NCBI GenBank assembly: GCA_963746875.1 | Contig: CAVVDA010000001.1 | Coordinates: 832,025-896,024, forward strand | From: Thermoanaerobaculia bacterium | Lineage (GTDB): Bacteria > Acidobacteriota > Thermoanaerobaculia > UBA5066 | DNA: 64,000 nt | Direction of reading: 5' to 3' | Shown here: positions 1 to 11,372 of the stretch, one piece after another | How the letters are laid out: every line of letters begins with the position of its first letter | Position numbering within the stretch: position 1 is the first letter of the stretch | Program-made: the position numbers and the translations under genes | Notes under the pieces: generated by a model | What the model was told of the DNA's origin: nothing | The model's database searches: none | Seen by the model: the letters and a program-made list of their open reading frames with translations, nothing else

Positions 1-1
1 C

Positions 2-932
2 TTCGGCGCGCGCGCGGCGCTCGAGGACGTCACTTTTTCCGTCGCGCGCGGCGAGATCTTCGCCCTCCTCGGCCCGAACGGCGGCGGCAAGACGACGCTC
101 TTCCGGATTCTCGCGACCCTGCTCCCTCCTCTCGCCGGGAACTTTTCGATCGACGGGCTCGATCCCACGACGGCGACCCGCGCGGTGCGCCGACGCCTCG
201 GCGTCGTGTTCCAGGCCGCGAGCCTCGACAAGAAGCTGACCGTCGGGGAGAACCTCGCGCTCCAGGGCGACTTGTACGGCCTCCGCTCGAGCGCGCGGGC
301 CGCGCGGATTCACGAGCTGCTCGAAATGTTCCGTCTCGAGGACCGCGTGAACGACCTCGTCGAGACTCTTGTCCGGAGGCCTCGCGCGGCGCGTGGAGAT
401 CGCCAAGGCACTCCTGCACGCTCCGCCCGTGCTCCTCCTCGACGAGCCCTCGACCGGCCTCGACCCGGGCGCCCGGCGCGATCTGATCGACGCGCTCGCT
501 TCTCTCGCCCGCGCGGGAACGGCCATTCTCCTGACGACGCATCTCTTCGAGGAGGCGGAGGCGGCGCATCGCATCGGCCTCCTCGACCGCGGACGCCTGC
601 TCGCGCTCGACACCCCCGCCGCGCTGAAGGCCACGCTCGGAGGCGACGTCGTGACGGTGGAAGCCAGGGACGACGCGGGCGCTCCGGCGCTCGCGGCCGG
701 CATCGAGAGCCGCTTCGGCGCCGAGGCCGGCCGGATCACGGTGGTCGGACCCACGGTTCGGGTGGAGCGGCAGGCCGCGCACACGTTCGTGCCGCGTCTC
801 GTCGAGGCGTTCCCGGGCGCCTTCAAGTCCGTCACGCTCGGCGCGCCCTCGCTCGAGGACGTCTTCATCGCGAGGACGGGGCGACGCTTCCGCGAGGCCG
901 ACGCGCCGGAGGACGGAGAGCACGCGGCGTGA
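2..932 (+). CDS. ABC transporter ATP-binding protein (5' end outside window; one frame disruption near 366-371)
   Basis: Frame from nt 2 reads ...VARGEIFALLGPNGGGKTTLF (Walker A). After ...RVNDLVETL the signature and Walker B continue in ORF 369..932 (SGGLARRVEIAKALL...LLLDEPSTGLD). A 1-nt frame change is needed. Confidence 0.9.
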
Positions 933-939
933 GCGTCAC

Positions 940-1722
940 ATGAAACCCTCCCTGGCCCTCGCGCGCCGCGAGATCGTCCGCTTCTTCCGGCAGAAGAGCC
1001 GCATCGTCGGAGCGGTCGCTCCGCCCCTCGTCATGTGGATCCTCGTCGGCTCCGGCTTCCGCGGCTCCTTCCGCGAGGACTCGTTCGGCTACTTCTTCCC
1101 GGGCACGGTCGTGCTCGTCGTGCTCTTCGCGGCGATCTTCGCGACGATCTCCGTCATCGAGGACCGGCGGGAAGGGTTCCTGCAAGGGGTCCTCGTCTCG
1201 CCCGTCTCTCCTGCCTCCATCGCGCTCGGGAAGGTCCTCGGGGGCGCGGCGCTCGGACTGATCCAGGGCCTTCCGCTCCTCCTCCTCGTGCCGCTGACCG
1301 GCCTCAAGGTCGACGCCGCGGGCCTTCTCGCCGCCGCCGCGCTCCTCGCGCTCCTCGCCTTCGCGCTCACCTCTCTCGGGTTCGCGATCGCGTGGTCGCT
1401 CGAATCGACGCAGGGATTCCACGCCATCATGAATCTCTTCCTGATCCCCATGTGGCTCCTCTCGGGAGCTTTCTTCCCCGTCGACGGCGCCTCCTCGTGG
1501 CTGGGCGCCGCGATGGCCGTGAACCCGCTCACGTACGGCGTCGCGGCCCTGCGCCGGGCCCTCGGCGGCGCCGCGCCGGCGTGGATCTCTCCGTCGCTCT
1601 CGTTCTCCGTGACGGCGGCTTTCGCCGTCCTCATGTTCGCGGCCGCCGTGGCCGTCGTCGCGCGCTTTCCCGCGGGCCCTGCCGCGCGCCTGGCCGCCCG
1701 ACGCCCGCCGGAGAGGCGATGA
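940..1722 (+). CDS. ABC-2 type transporter permease
   Basis: Intact 260-aa ORF that starts 8 nt after the ATPase stop. It has multiple hydrophobic helices and typical ABC-2 permease composition (...VIEDRREGFLQGVLVSP...NPLTYGV...). Confidence 0.85.
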   Translation: MKPSLALARREIVRFFRQKSRIVGAVAPPLVMWILVGSGFRGSFREDSFGYFFPGTVVLVVLFAAIFATISVIEDRREGFLQGVLVSPVSPASIALGKVLGGAALGLIQGLPLLLLVPLTGLKVDAAGLLAAAALLALLAFALTSLGFAIAWSLESTQGFHAIMNLFLIPMWLLSGAFFPVDGASSWLGAAMAVNPLTYGVAALRRALGGAAPAWISPSLSFSVTAAFAVLMFAAAVAVVARFPAGPAARLAARRPPERR

Positions 1723-2138
1723 CGATCCGCGACCTGCCGACGCTGAACGCCTGCCTCAACGCGACGAGCGCCGTCCTCCTCGTCGTCGGCTGGACGTTCA
1801 TCCGAAGGCGTCGGATCGACGCGCATCGCCGCACGATGACGGCGGCCTTCCTGTGCTCGACGCTCTTCCTCGTCTCGTACCTCGCCTATCACGTCGAGGT
1901 CGGAAGCGTGCGTTTTCCCGGCACGGGCGGCGCGCGGACGCTCTATCTCGGCATCCTCCTCACGCACACGATTCTCGCGGCCCTGGTCGCGCCGCTCGCG
2001 ATCACGACGTTCGTCCTCGCCCGGCGCGGGCGCTTCGAGCGGCATCGCAAGCTCGCCCGCTTCACGCTGCCGATCTGGCTCTACGTCTCCGTGACCGGTG
2101 TCGTCGTCTACGCCATGCTCTACCGGATGCGCTGGTAA
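1719..2138 (+). CDS. DUF420 family membrane protein (CtaM/YozB-like)
   Basis: ATG at 1719 overlaps the permease stop (ATGA). The product is 139 aa with four hydrophobic helices (MTIRDLPTLNACLNATSAVLLVVGW...YLAYHV...LLTHTILAALV...WLYVSVTGVVVY), typical of DUF420. Confidence 0.7.
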   Translation: MTIRDLPTLNACLNATSAVLLVVGWTFIRRRRIDAHRRTMTAAFLCSTLFLVSYLAYHVEVGSVRFPGTGGARTLYLGILLTHTILAALVAPLAITTFVLARRGRFERHRKLARFTLPIWLYVSVTGVVVYAMLYRMRW

Positions 2139-3688
2139 TCAGGCCCGCGCGGCACGGCCCCACTTCTCCACGATCTCCCCGACGCGCGCGAGGGTCACGG
2201 GCTTGGACACGAAGTCGTTCATTCCCTCGGCCTCGCAGCGCTCCTTGACGAGGTCGGAGGTGAGCGCGGTGAGCGCGACGACCGGCAGCCGCTCTCCGTC
2301 CGGCAGGCCGCGCAGCCGCCTCAGCACCTGAAAGCCGTCCATCTCGGGCATGTGCAGGTCCAGCAGCACGAAGTCGAAGCGGAAACCCGCGGCCGCGTCC
2401 ACGGCCTCGCGCCCGCTGCCCGCCGTGAGAACTTCGGCGCCCCGCGACCTCAGCATGTGCGCGAGCAGCTCGCGGTTTTCCTCGTTGTCCTCGACGAGCA
2501 GAACGCGCGGACGCCCGTCGGCGCCGCCGATCGGCCGGCGGACGTCCCGGGGCCCGGTCTCGTCGACCCGCGCGAGAAGCTGCTCGCTCGTGGCTTTCAG
2601 CTCGGCCTCGGCCCGCGCGCGCTGGATCGGACCCGAGGTGTCGTCCGCCGCGCGCCGCGCCGCGGCGACGATCTCCTGGACGCGCGCCTTGAGATCGCGC
2701 GTCGTGGACTGCAGGACGTCCACGGCGGCCTCGCGCGCCTCGGCGAGCGCCCGACGGGCCGCGTCCAGCTCGGCGAGGAGCCGTCGCCGCGAGCTGCCGT
2801 CGAGAAAAACGACGTCCGCGCCGCCGCCCGGACGCGGCGTGACGACGACGTGCAACATCCGCGAAACGCCCTCCGGCGTGACGAGGGAGACCTCTTCCTC
2901 CGACCGAAGCGGTCGGCGTGCCCTGCGGCGGCGCGGTTCACGGCGTGCGCGCGGATGAGCTCCCGCAGCTCTTCGGGCAGGACCTCCGAACGCTCCACGT
3001 CGAGGCCCTCGAGAGCGTCCGCGCGGCGCCCCACCCACTCCGCGAGCCGGCGGCTGACCGCCTCGATGCGGCCGGCGGCGTCCACGCCGAGGAGGCCCGC
3101 GGGCGAGGAGTCGAGGAGGCGCGTGCGGTGCTCGTCCCCGCCCGCGGGGCCGCGCGTGTCGACGCGCCAGACGGCGGCCTCGACGACCTTTCCGTACCGC
3201 ACGACGGGCGTCATCGAGACGATCGACTCGACCTGCGGTCGCGCCGTCCACCGGCAGCAGGATTCGTCGGGCCGCGCGAGGCTGGCCGGTCTCGAAGACC
3301 TCGTTCGAGACCCTCGATCATCTCGGGCGCGGCGGCGCGAGAGGGCGGGAAACTCCGATGCGGCGTGCCCTTCCACGTCGCGCTCCTCGATCCCGAGGGC
3401 GCGGCGCGCGCCCCTGTTCGCGTAGCCGATTCTGCCCGCGCGGTCCAGCGTGTAGACGGCGACGGCCTCGATCGCGTCCACGGCCGGCCCGAAGGCCGCG
3501 CGCACGGACGTCACCGGCTCGGCGCGGGAGCTCGCGGCCGAGGGGTAACGGCTCGCGGCGAAAAAGACGAGAACGGCCGCCACGGCGATCACGACGGCGG
3601 CCGGCGCGAGGGACGACGGCAGGCCGAGCACGACGCCCAGTCCGAGGAGCAGAAGGCCGAAAAAGACGAGAATCCGGGAGCCGGACAT
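2139..3688 (-). CDS. Membrane-anchored PAS-PAS-coiled-coil-receiver protein (multiple frame disruptions)
   Basis: ATG at 3688 (MSGSRILVFFGLLLLGLGVVLG, TM anchor). PAS-like segments follow (VYTLDRAGRIGYANRGARRALGI; LLGVDAAGRIEAVSRRLAEWVG). The C-terminal receiver is RVLLVEDNEENRELL...FDFVLLDLHMPEMDG...VVALTA...DFVSKP. The pieces lie in ORFs 2597..4324, 2139..3251 and the third frame, with at least four frame changes between about 3350 and 2900. Confidence 0.7.
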
Positions 3689-3715
3689 CTCTTCTATCTT
3701 AGACACGAGGCCCGC

Positions 3716-4579
3716 ATGAGCTCCTCCGCGAAGCCAGAACCGACCTGGGGCGCCCTGCTCGTCGAAGGGCGGCGCCGCCTTTCGGGCGAGGAGAACGCTC
3801 CGTACGAGGCGGAGGAGCTGCTGTCCAGGGCCGCTTCGCGCCCTCGCGCCTGGTTTCTCGGCCGCCGCGCGGAGCCGGCGGACGCCTCGAGCCGGGCGGC
3901 GTTCGAGACGCTCGTCGCGCGCCGCGCGGCCGGCGAGCCGCTGCAATACCTCCTCGGCGAATGGGAATTTCTCGGCCGCACGTTTCGCGTCGATTCGCGT
4001 GCGCTGATTCCCCGCCTCGAGACGGAGGGCGTCGTGGAGGCGGCGCGCGCCGCCGCGCCGGACGCCCGCGCCCTCGCCGACCTCGGAACGGGCAGCGGCA
4101 TCCTGGCCGTCACGCTCGCCCTCGAGCGTCCCCATGCGCGCGTTCTCGCGATCGACCGCTCGGTGGCGGCTCTCGCGCTCGCCGCGGAGAACGCGCGCCT
4201 CCACGGCGTGTCCGACCGGGTGACGGCCGTGGCCTCCGACTGGCTTTCCGCGTTCGAGCCGCGCCCGCTCTTCGACCTCGCCGTCGCGAACCCGCCCTAC
4301 GTGAGTGTGGCCGATGCCCCGCATCTCTCGAAAACGGTCTCCGACTTCGAGCCGCCCCTCGCGCTCTACGGCGGCGATGACGGGCTCGAGCCGATGCGCG
4401 CGCTCCTCGCGGGGCTGGCCGTCTTCCTCCGTCCCGGCGCCCCGTTCGTGTTCGAGTTCGGGTACGCGCAGGCCCGCGACGTCTCGGCGCTCGTGGAGGC
4501 GTCGGGGACGTTCCGGCTCGTCGACGTGCGCCTCGACACGGCCGGGATCCCGCGCACGGCCACCGCGCGGCGGCTCTGA
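3716..4579 (+). CDS. prmC: Peptide chain release factor N5-glutamine methyltransferase
   Basis: Intact, 288 codons from ATG 3716. It has a SAM motif ([13 protein letters not shown]), the catalytic NPPY (AVANPPYV) and a HemK-like N-terminus ([16 protein letters not shown]). Confidence 0.9.
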   Translation: MSSSAKPEPTWGALLVEGRRRLSGEENAPYEAEELLSRAASRPRAWFLGRRAEPADASSRAAFETLVARRAAGEPLQYLLGEWEFLGRTFRVDSRALIPRLETEGVVEAARAAAPDARALADLGTGSGILAVTLALERPHARVLAIDRSVAALALAAENARLHGVSDRVTAVASDWLSAFEPRPLFDLAVANPPYVSVADAPHLSKTVSDFEPPLALYGGDDGLEPMRALLAGLAVFLRPGAPFVFEFGYAQARDVSALVEASGTFRLVDVRLDTAGIPRTATARRL

Positions 4580-4611
4580 CGGCCGCCCGAACCCGTAGAC
4601 TCCTTCTCCGG

Positions 4612-5899
4612 ATGGACGCCTTCCTCATCAAAGGCCCCGTGCGCCTCGAAGGCACCGTCCGCGCGAGCGGCGCGAAGAACGCGGCGCTGCCCGCCCTCGC
4701 CGCCGCGCTTCTCACGGACGCCCCCGTGACGCTCGAGGAGGTGCCCGACCTCGCGGACGTCGACACGATGACGCGTCTTCTCGACGGCATGGGGGTTCAG
4801 GTCGGCGCGCCCGCGCCTTCGCGGCGGGTCGTCGACGCGTCGCGCGTCACGTCGACCGAGGCCCCGTACGACCTCGTGCGGACGATGCGGGCTTCCATCC
4901 TCGTCCTCGGCCCGCTCGTCGCGCGCTTCGGCGAGGCGCGCGTCTCGCTGCCCGGCGGGTGCGCGATCGGCGTCAGGCCCGTGGACCTGCACCTCCTGGC
5001 GCTCGAGGCGCTGGGCGCGAGGATCGCCGTCGAGAAGGGCTACATCCACGCGCATGTCTCGCGCGTCGGGCGCGCGAGAGGCCGGCTCACGGGAACGACG
5101 ATCCGCTTCCCGACTCCCACCGTGACCGGCACGGAGAACGTGCTCTTCGCGGCGACGCTCGCGCGCGGGACGACGGTGATCGAAAACGCGGCGCGAGAGC
5201 CCGAGGTGGAGGACGTGGCGCTCCTCCTCGCCCGCATGGGCGCGCGCGTGACGGGCGCGGGAACCTCCACGATCACGGTCGAGGGAGTCGAGCGGCTCTC
5301 CGGCACGGGCTCTTCGCCGCACGCGATCCTGCCGGACCGCATCGAAGCGGGAACGTACCTCGCCGCCGGCGCGATCACCGGGGGCGACGTGACGGTTTCC
5401 CACGCGCGTGCCCGCGATCTCGAGGCGTTTCTCGACGCGCTTCGCCGCGCCGGGGCCGGCGTCGAGACGACGGCAGGATGCCGTGCGCGTCTTCGCCGCG
5501 CGGCCGCTCGCGGCCGTGGACATCGAAACGGCGCCGCACCCCGGCTTTCCGACCGACCTGCAGGCGCAGTTCCTCGCCCTCATGACGCAGGCCACCGGAA
5601 CGTCCCGCCTCGTCGAGACGATCTTCGAAAACCGCTTCCTGCACGCCGTCGAGCTCGCGCGCCTCGGCGCCGACGTGCGCGTCGAGGGGCGCGTGGCCGT
5701 CGTGCGCGGACCGGCGAAGCTCGAGGGCGCGCCCGTGACCGCCTCGGACCTCCGGGCCTCCGCGGCTCTCGTCCTGGCGGGCCTCGTCGCCCGGGGCGAG
5801 ACGCGCGTGCGCCGCATCTACCATCTCGACCGGGGCTATGCCGCGATGGATCAGCGCCTGCGAAACCTCGGAGCCTCCGTCGAACGGGTCGACGGATAA
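4612..5899 (+). CDS. murA: UDP-N-acetylglucosamine 1-carboxyvinyltransferase (one frame disruption near 5477)
   Basis: N-terminal part [34 protein letters not shown]...[15 protein letters not shown] is in ORF 4612... The C-terminal part ...[24 protein letters not shown]...[21 protein letters not shown] is in ORF 5408..5899. Confidence 0.93.
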
Positions 5900-5907
5900 T
5901 CCGTCCG

Positions 5908-6261
5908 ATGGGCGCTTCCACCGAATCCTCGTGCCTCTTCTGCCGGATCGTCCGGAAGGAGATTCCCGCGAAGATCGCCTTCGAGGACGAGCGTGTTCTC
6001 GCGTTCCACGACGTCGCCCCGAAAGCGCCCACTCACGTGCTCGTGATTCCGAAGACGCACGTCGCGCGTCTCTCCGATGCCTCGGGTGATCACGCCGAGC
6101 TTCTCGGCCCCTGCCTCGTCGCGCTCACCCGGGTCGCGAAGGCGCTCTCCTTCGACAGCTACCGCGTCGTCATCAACGACGGCGCCGAGGCGGGCCAGAG
6201 CGTTTTCCACCTGCATCTCCATCTCCTCGGCGGACGGGCCTTCGCGTGGCCGCCGGGCTGA
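5908..6261 (+). CDS. HIT family (histidine triad) protein
   Basis: ATG at 5908, 117 aa. Motifs: [27 protein letters not shown] and the histidine triad [11 protein letters not shown]. Confidence 0.9.
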   Translation: MGASTESSCLFCRIVRKEIPAKIAFEDERVLAFHDVAPKAPTHVLVIPKTHVARLSDASGDHAELLGPCLVALTRVAKALSFDSYRVVINDGAEAGQSVFHLHLHLLGGRAFAWPPG

Positions 6262-8599
6262 GAGCCTTCCGCCGCTGCGCCGCCCCGGCCCTCCTCGTCC
6301 TCCTCCTCCTCGCCTCGGGAAGGCTCGACGCGGACGTGGCGCGCGAGCGCGACCTCGCGGCCGCCGCGCGCGCCGGAAAATGGACGGAGGTCCTCGAACA
6401 GCTCGACGGGCTGAAGCGAGAGTCCGCCGTGAGGTACGCCGACGGCCGCTTCGACTACCTCGCCGCGCGCGCGCTCGCCGCGACGGGGCGCCGCGACGAG
6501 GCCATCGCTCTCTTCGAGCGCCACATCGCCGCCGACGATCTTCTCGACGTGCCTGCCCGCCTCGCCGCCGGCACTCTCCGGTTCGAAGGCGGCGACGGTG
6601 CCGGCGCGCTCGACCTGCTGCTTCCCCTGCTGCAGAGGAAGGGCGGCGCCGTCTCGCGGCGCGCGCTCCGCATCACGCTCGACGCGCTCGAGACGCGCGT
6701 CGACACGTCTTCCCTGGCGCGCCTCGTGGCCGCGAGGCCGCCCGCGGCGCCGCGGGAGAGGCGCCGCCTCCTCGCCCTGCGCGCCGAGGCGCTCGACCAG
6801 TCCGGTGACGCGTCGGGCGCGGCGTCGCTTCGCGAGGAGATCCTCCGCGAGGCCCGGCGCGACGACGCCGCGGCGATCGTGCTCGCGCGCGAGATGCGCG
6901 GCCGGGACGCGCAGAAGCCTGCCCGACCGCCTGCTTCCGCTCCTGATCGAGACCGCGAAGGCGCAGCGGGACCTCGACCTCGCCGAGCGCCTCGCGACGG
7001 AACGCGACGCGCGAGCCTCGCGCGCGGGCGACGACGTCGCGCGCTGGGGCACCCGCTTCGACCTCGGCCGGATCCTCGCCTCGCGCGGGCGGTTCGCGGA
7101 GGCCGCGGCGGCGTTCCGAAGCATCCTCGAGACGCAGCCGCGCAGCCCCCGGCACGCCCCCGGCAAGAAGGACGACGTCCCCGGCACCGACGCCTTCTTC
7201 GCCCGCGTGCGCTTCAACGCCGGCACCACGCTCGAGAAGCTCGGGCAGCTCGACGCGGCGGCAGCGGAGTTCCGGCGCGTGGAGGTCTCCCGCGCCGGCC
7301 CGGCCGCCCTCGCCGCGCTTCAGCGGGCGCGCCTCCTCATGCGGCGCGGCGACCTCGCGGGAGCCGAGGCGATCCTCATGCGCAAGGGCCTCGCGAAAGA
7401 GCCCGGGCGCGTCGAAGGCCTCCTCCACCTTCTGGAGCGGCGGGCCGAGGCGGGCGACGGCGCGGGGGCGCGGCGGGCCCTCGTTCCGATCGAGCACCTC
7501 GCGCGCGCGCGGCGGCTGGCGGAACCCTGGAAGAGCGAGCTTCCGTTCTGGCGCGGCCGCGCCGCGGAGGCCTCGCAGGATCTCGCGGGCGCTCTCGCGG
7601 GTTACGCCGCGCTCCTCGCCGCGCGCCCCTGGACGGCCGTGGGCGAGGTCGCGACCCAGCGGATGCTCGCGCTCCCGGCCGTCTCCCGCGACGCGTTCCT
7701 CCGCCGCGAGCGGCTCGAAGGTGAGACCCTCCTCACGGTCCGGCAGGGCGCGGGAAGCCAAGGAGCGCCTCCTGCCGCCCGCTCTCCTCGGCGACGCTCT
7801 CGCGCGCGACCTTCTGAAGCTCGCCTACCGCTCGCTTCCCGGTTACGCCGAGGTCCTGCTCGCTCCCGACCTGCCGGAGGATTCGCTCCCGACGCTCTGC
7901 GGGGACGCCGCGGCGTGCCGCCTCCTGCAGCTCGGCCTGCCTCTCGAGGCCGAGCCGATCGTGCGCGACGCCTCGCGACTCGAGACGCTCCTCGGCAGCC
8001 TCGTGGCCGCTCGCCTCGGCGAGGACGCGGACGCCGGGCCCGCGGCGCTGGAGGCGGCCGAGGCTCTCGACCGCCTGGTGCCCGACGACTTCCTCCTCGA
8101 GCTCGCGCCGCGCTCGGTGCTCCACTCTCTCGCGCCGCGCCCGTTCGACCGGCTCGTCGCCGAGACCGCGGATCAGAGCGGCGTGCCGCGCGACCTGCTC
8201 TACGCGATCATGAGGCAGGAGAGCCGGTTCGACCCCGCGGCGGCCTCCCCCGCCGCCGCCCGCGGCCTGATGCAGCTCACTCTTCCGACCGCGGGAGAGG
8301 CCGCGCGGGAGCTGAACGAGACTCCTCCCGCCTACGCGGATCTCTACGATCCCGCCCGGTCGCTGCGGCTCGGCGCGCGCACGCTGAAGAACCTTCTCGC
8401 CCGCTTCGAGGGCGACGCGGCTCTCGCGGCCTCGGGCTACAACGCCGGCGCCGGCCAGACGGCGCTGTGGGCCGGCGGCGCGAAGGCTCCCGCCGAAGCG
8501 CTTCTGGCCTCGATCAGCTACCCGGAAACGCGCACGTATCTGCGCCGCGTGCTCGCGAATCGCATTCTCTACCGTAAGGCCGAGCTGGCAGGGCGCTGA
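6246..8599 (+). CDS. Soluble lytic murein transglycosylase-like protein (two frame disruptions, near 6920 and 7740)
   Basis: Signal-like N-terminus ([14 protein letters not shown]) and a long helical-repeat region. The C-terminal SLT domain is in ORF 7721..8599 ([28 protein letters not shown]...[10 protein letters not shown]). The gene is spread over three frames. Confidence 0.85.
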
Positions 8600-8611
8600 A
8601 GAATTGCCGCA

Positions 8612-9325
8612 TCAGCGCCGGTAAACGAGGATGCGCGTCTCGCTGCGGAGCTGCGCCGTCCAGCGCTCGATCTCGGCGTTGAGCTTGAGCTCGCGCACGA
8701 CCTCGCGAATCTCCTCGCGGACGTCCTCGAACGGAGGCACGTCCGAAAGGCCTCTCTTTTTCGCGGCTTCCCGGAAAGCCGACTCGTAATAGGCGCGGAG
8801 ATCCGCTTCCGTCAGCTTCAGTCCCGGCGCGAGCCGCTCTTTCACGTAGCTGTCGAGCGCGAGCCCGCGCTTGACCCATTCCGCCAGCTCCTCGCGGGTG
8901 GTTCCGGCGGCCGCGAGCGCCGCAGCCGCCGGAAGGCCGCGCTCTTTCGCGAGACGCGCCTCGAGCGCGGCGACGCGGGCCTCGACCTCCTCGGGTTTCG
9001 GCTCGAATCCGCTCGTCCTGCGGAGCTGGCGCTCGCGCAGGAGGTCGACGATGCGCTCCTCGAGGACGCGGTCGCGATACGCGGCGTCGCTCTCGCCCGG
9101 CTTGTGCTCGAGAAACCGCACGGCGACGAGCTTCCGGACTTCGCTGTCGAGAACGATCTCGTCGCCGACGACCGCCGCGATGCGGTCCACGAGCACCGCC
9201 GGCCCGGAAGGCGTCGTCGCGGGCGCTCCCGCCGCGGGCGCCGGCGCCGCGGGCGGGCCGCTCCCGGCGGCCGGCACGAGGGTGACGCCCGCGAAAACGA
9301 GCGGGACGAGCGACCAGCGAAACAC
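8612..9325 (-). CDS. SurA N-terminal domain-containing periplasmic chaperone-like protein
   Basis: Intact 237-aa ORF with a signal peptide (MFRWSLVPLVFAGVTLVPAAG). The body reads VDRIAAVVGDEIVLDSEV...; it has the SurA_N-like pattern and no PPIase domain. Confidence 0.6.
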   Translation of the reverse strand: MFRWSLVPLVFAGVTLVPAAGSGPPAAPAPAAGAPATTPSGPAVLVDRIAAVVGDEIVLDSEVRKLVAVRFLEHKPGESDAAYRDRVLEERIVDLLRERQLRRTSGFEPKPEEVEARVAALEARLAKERGLPAAAALAAAGTTREELAEWVKRGLALDSYVKERLAPGLKLTEADLRAYYESAFREAAKKRGLSDVPPFEDVREEIREVVRELKLNAEIERWTAQLRSETRILVYRR

Positions 9326-9378
9326 GCCTTCGATGGTAGCAAGGGCCAGGAACCGCGCGGACGCGAGAGAATGCCGCG

Positions 9379-10074
9379 ATGGGCCGTCTCCTCGTCGTCG
9401 CCACGCCGATCGGGAACCTCGACGACCTGTCGCCGCGGGCGAGAGAGGCGCTGGCGTCGGCGGCCGTCGTCTATTGCGAGGACACGCGCCGGACGGGGAA
9501 CCTCTTCGCGCGCCACGGCCTCACGTCGCCGCGCGTGTCCTGCCACGGCCACAACGAGCACCGCCGCGTCGGCGAGGCTCTCGAGCGGCTCGCCCGTGGC
9601 GAGACGCTGGCCCTCGTCTCCGACGCGGGCACGCCGCTCGTCTCGGATCCCGGCGAGAGACTCGTCGCGGCAGCCGCCGCGGCCGGCCACCGCGTAGAGG
9701 CGATCCCGGGGCCGTCGGCGGTCCTCGCGATCCTCTCGATCTCGGGCTTTCCGGCCGTCCCGTTCACGTTCCTGGGCTTTCCGCCCTCGCGCCGTGGCGA
9801 GCGCGACCGCTGGTACGAATCGTATGCGCCGAACGCCTCGCGCCCCGGCACAGCCGTGCTGTTCGAATCGCCCTTCAGGATCGTGGATTCTCTCGAGGCT
9901 CTCGCGAAGGCCTGGGGTGACCCGCCCATCGTCCTCGGCCGCGAGTTGACGAAGCTCCACGAGGAGGTCCTGCGCGGGAGCGCCTCGGAGATCGCCAGAA
10001 TCCTCGCGGCACGGCCCGGTGTCAAGGGAGAGATCGTGCTGGCGGCAGCCTCGTCCACCCGCGAGCCCGAGTGA
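9379..10074 (+). CDS. rsmI: 16S rRNA (cytidine1402-2'-O)-methyltransferase
   Basis: Intact 231 aa. Motifs: LLVVATPIGNLDDLSPRA...VYCEDTRRTGNL...LVSDAGTPLVSDPG...IPGPSA...LGRELTKLHEE. Confidence 0.92.
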   Translation: MGRLLVVATPIGNLDDLSPRAREALASAAVVYCEDTRRTGNLFARHGLTSPRVSCHGHNEHRRVGEALERLARGETLALVSDAGTPLVSDPGERLVAAAAAAGHRVEAIPGPSAVLAILSISGFPAVPFTFLGFPPSRRGERDRWYESYAPNASRPGTAVLFESPFRIVDSLEALAKAWGDPPIVLGRELTKLHEEVLRGSASEIARILAARPGVKGEIVLAAASSTREPE

Positions 10075-10116
10075 GCGGCGACGGGCTCACGTGATCGACG
10101 GTCGGATGAGGACAAC

Positions 10117-10683
10117 TTGCTAGAGCCGGCCAGGAAGGACTACTACGGCGTCCTCAAGCTTCCAGCAGGCGCATCCGAGCCGGTCATTCGGCAGCGGTTC
10201 AAGCGCATGGCCAAACGCCTCCATCCCGACGTCAATCCGTCGCCGAATGCCGCCTCGCAGTTTCGCGAAATCCGCGAAGCGTACGACGTACTCACCGATC
10301 CCGCTCGGCGAGCCGTCGTGGATTCCTGGTACGCGCCGCAGGCCAAACCCTTTCGGCGCACGCATTCGCGCGCTGCCGCAGGAAGTTCACCCCCGGCTCC
10401 GGCCCGAGCCGGTGACGCTTATGCTCCGTTCACACAACGGCAAAGACGGCCTATCTCACCGGTGTGGACCGTGGGGGGCGATCACGTTTGGAACTTCTGT
10501 TTCTTTGCTCTGCTGGGGTTCATCGCAGCATTCATCAGTGTTCTTCCTGTGACCAACGAACTTTCAACCGCGGTGCGTGCCGGCATGGCGGTCGCCTTGG
10601 TTGCGGGTACCATCGCCGCAATTGGTGGCGAAACAGTCCGAGAGTGGTTGCTGTGGATTCTGTCCCGGACGTGGTGGTGGTAG
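10117..10683 (+). CDS. J-domain protein with C-terminal transmembrane segments
   Basis: Intact ORF (TTG start called). The J domain is KDYYGVLKLPAGASEPVIRQRFKRMAKRLHPDVNP...FREIREAYDVLTDPARR, with the HPD motif. The C-terminal hydrophobic segments are VWNFCFFALLGFIAAFISVLPV and AGMAVALVAGTIAAIGG. It lies in a visibly lower-GC stretch. Confidence 0.75.
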   Translation: MLEPARKDYYGVLKLPAGASEPVIRQRFKRMAKRLHPDVNPSPNAASQFREIREAYDVLTDPARRAVVDSWYAPQAKPFRRTHSRAAAGSSPPAPARAGDAYAPFTQRQRRPISPVWTVGGDHVWNFCFFALLGFIAAFISVLPVTNELSTAVRAGMAVALVAGTIAAIGGETVREWLLWILSRTWWW

Positions 10684-10691
10684 TGGAAAGA

Positions 10692-11201
10692 ATGCCCTTT
10701 GATCTCCAGCCCGTTCTGGAAGGCGAGCTTCTCCGCCTCAGGCCGCTTCGGCCGGAGGATTTCCCTGACCTTTACGCGGTCGCCTCGGATCCGCTCATCT
10801 GGGAGCAGCATCCGAGCAACGATCGTTACAAGGAAGAGGTCTTCAAGGAATTCTTCCGCGAGGCCCTGGAATCCGGGGGCGGGTTGATCGCCACCGACGC
10901 CAAAGACGGGCGGGTCATCGGGTCGTCGCGGTTCCACGGGTACGACAGCGAGAAGAGCGAGATCGAGATCGGCTGGACGTTCCTCGCCAGGTCCCACTGG
11001 GGCGGCATCTACAACGGCGAAATGAAGCAGCTCATGCTGCGTCACGCCTTCAAATTCGTGAGCAGCGTCGTCTTTCTCGTCGGTCCGCAGAACCTGCGCT
11101 CGCAGAGGGCCATGGAGAAGATCGGCGGGGTTCGCGTTGGCTCGAGGCTCGACGGCAAGGGCCGGGAGAGTCTGGTCTACCGGATCGCCGGTTCCACGTG
11201 A
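10692..11201 (+). CDS. GNAT family N-acetyltransferase
   Basis: ATG at 10692, 169 aa. LRLRPLRPEDFPDLYAVASDPLIWEQ...IEIGWTFLARSHWGGIYNGEMKQLMLRHAF...NLRSQRAMEKIGG is a RimJ/RimL-like acetyltransferase pattern. Confidence 0.8.
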   Translation: MPFDLQPVLEGELLRLRPLRPEDFPDLYAVASDPLIWEQHPSNDRYKEEVFKEFFREALESGGGLIATDAKDGRVIGSSRFHGYDSEKSEIEIGWTFLARSHWGGIYNGEMKQLMLRHAFKFVSSVVFLVGPQNLRSQRAMEKIGGVRVGSRLDGKGRESLVYRIAGST

Positions 11202-11372
11202 ATACCGTCACCCGAGCAGGCTGGCCAGCGACCGATCGAGGCCGCCCGCAACACCCACAGCGGAAGAGTCATTCAGGCCTCCAGTCTTCGGCCTCTGCCG
11301 GTCTCGGGGTCGAAGCGGCCCAGCATCGCGTCCACCACCGAGTTGTGATGATTGGCCGCGAGGATCAGGCGG

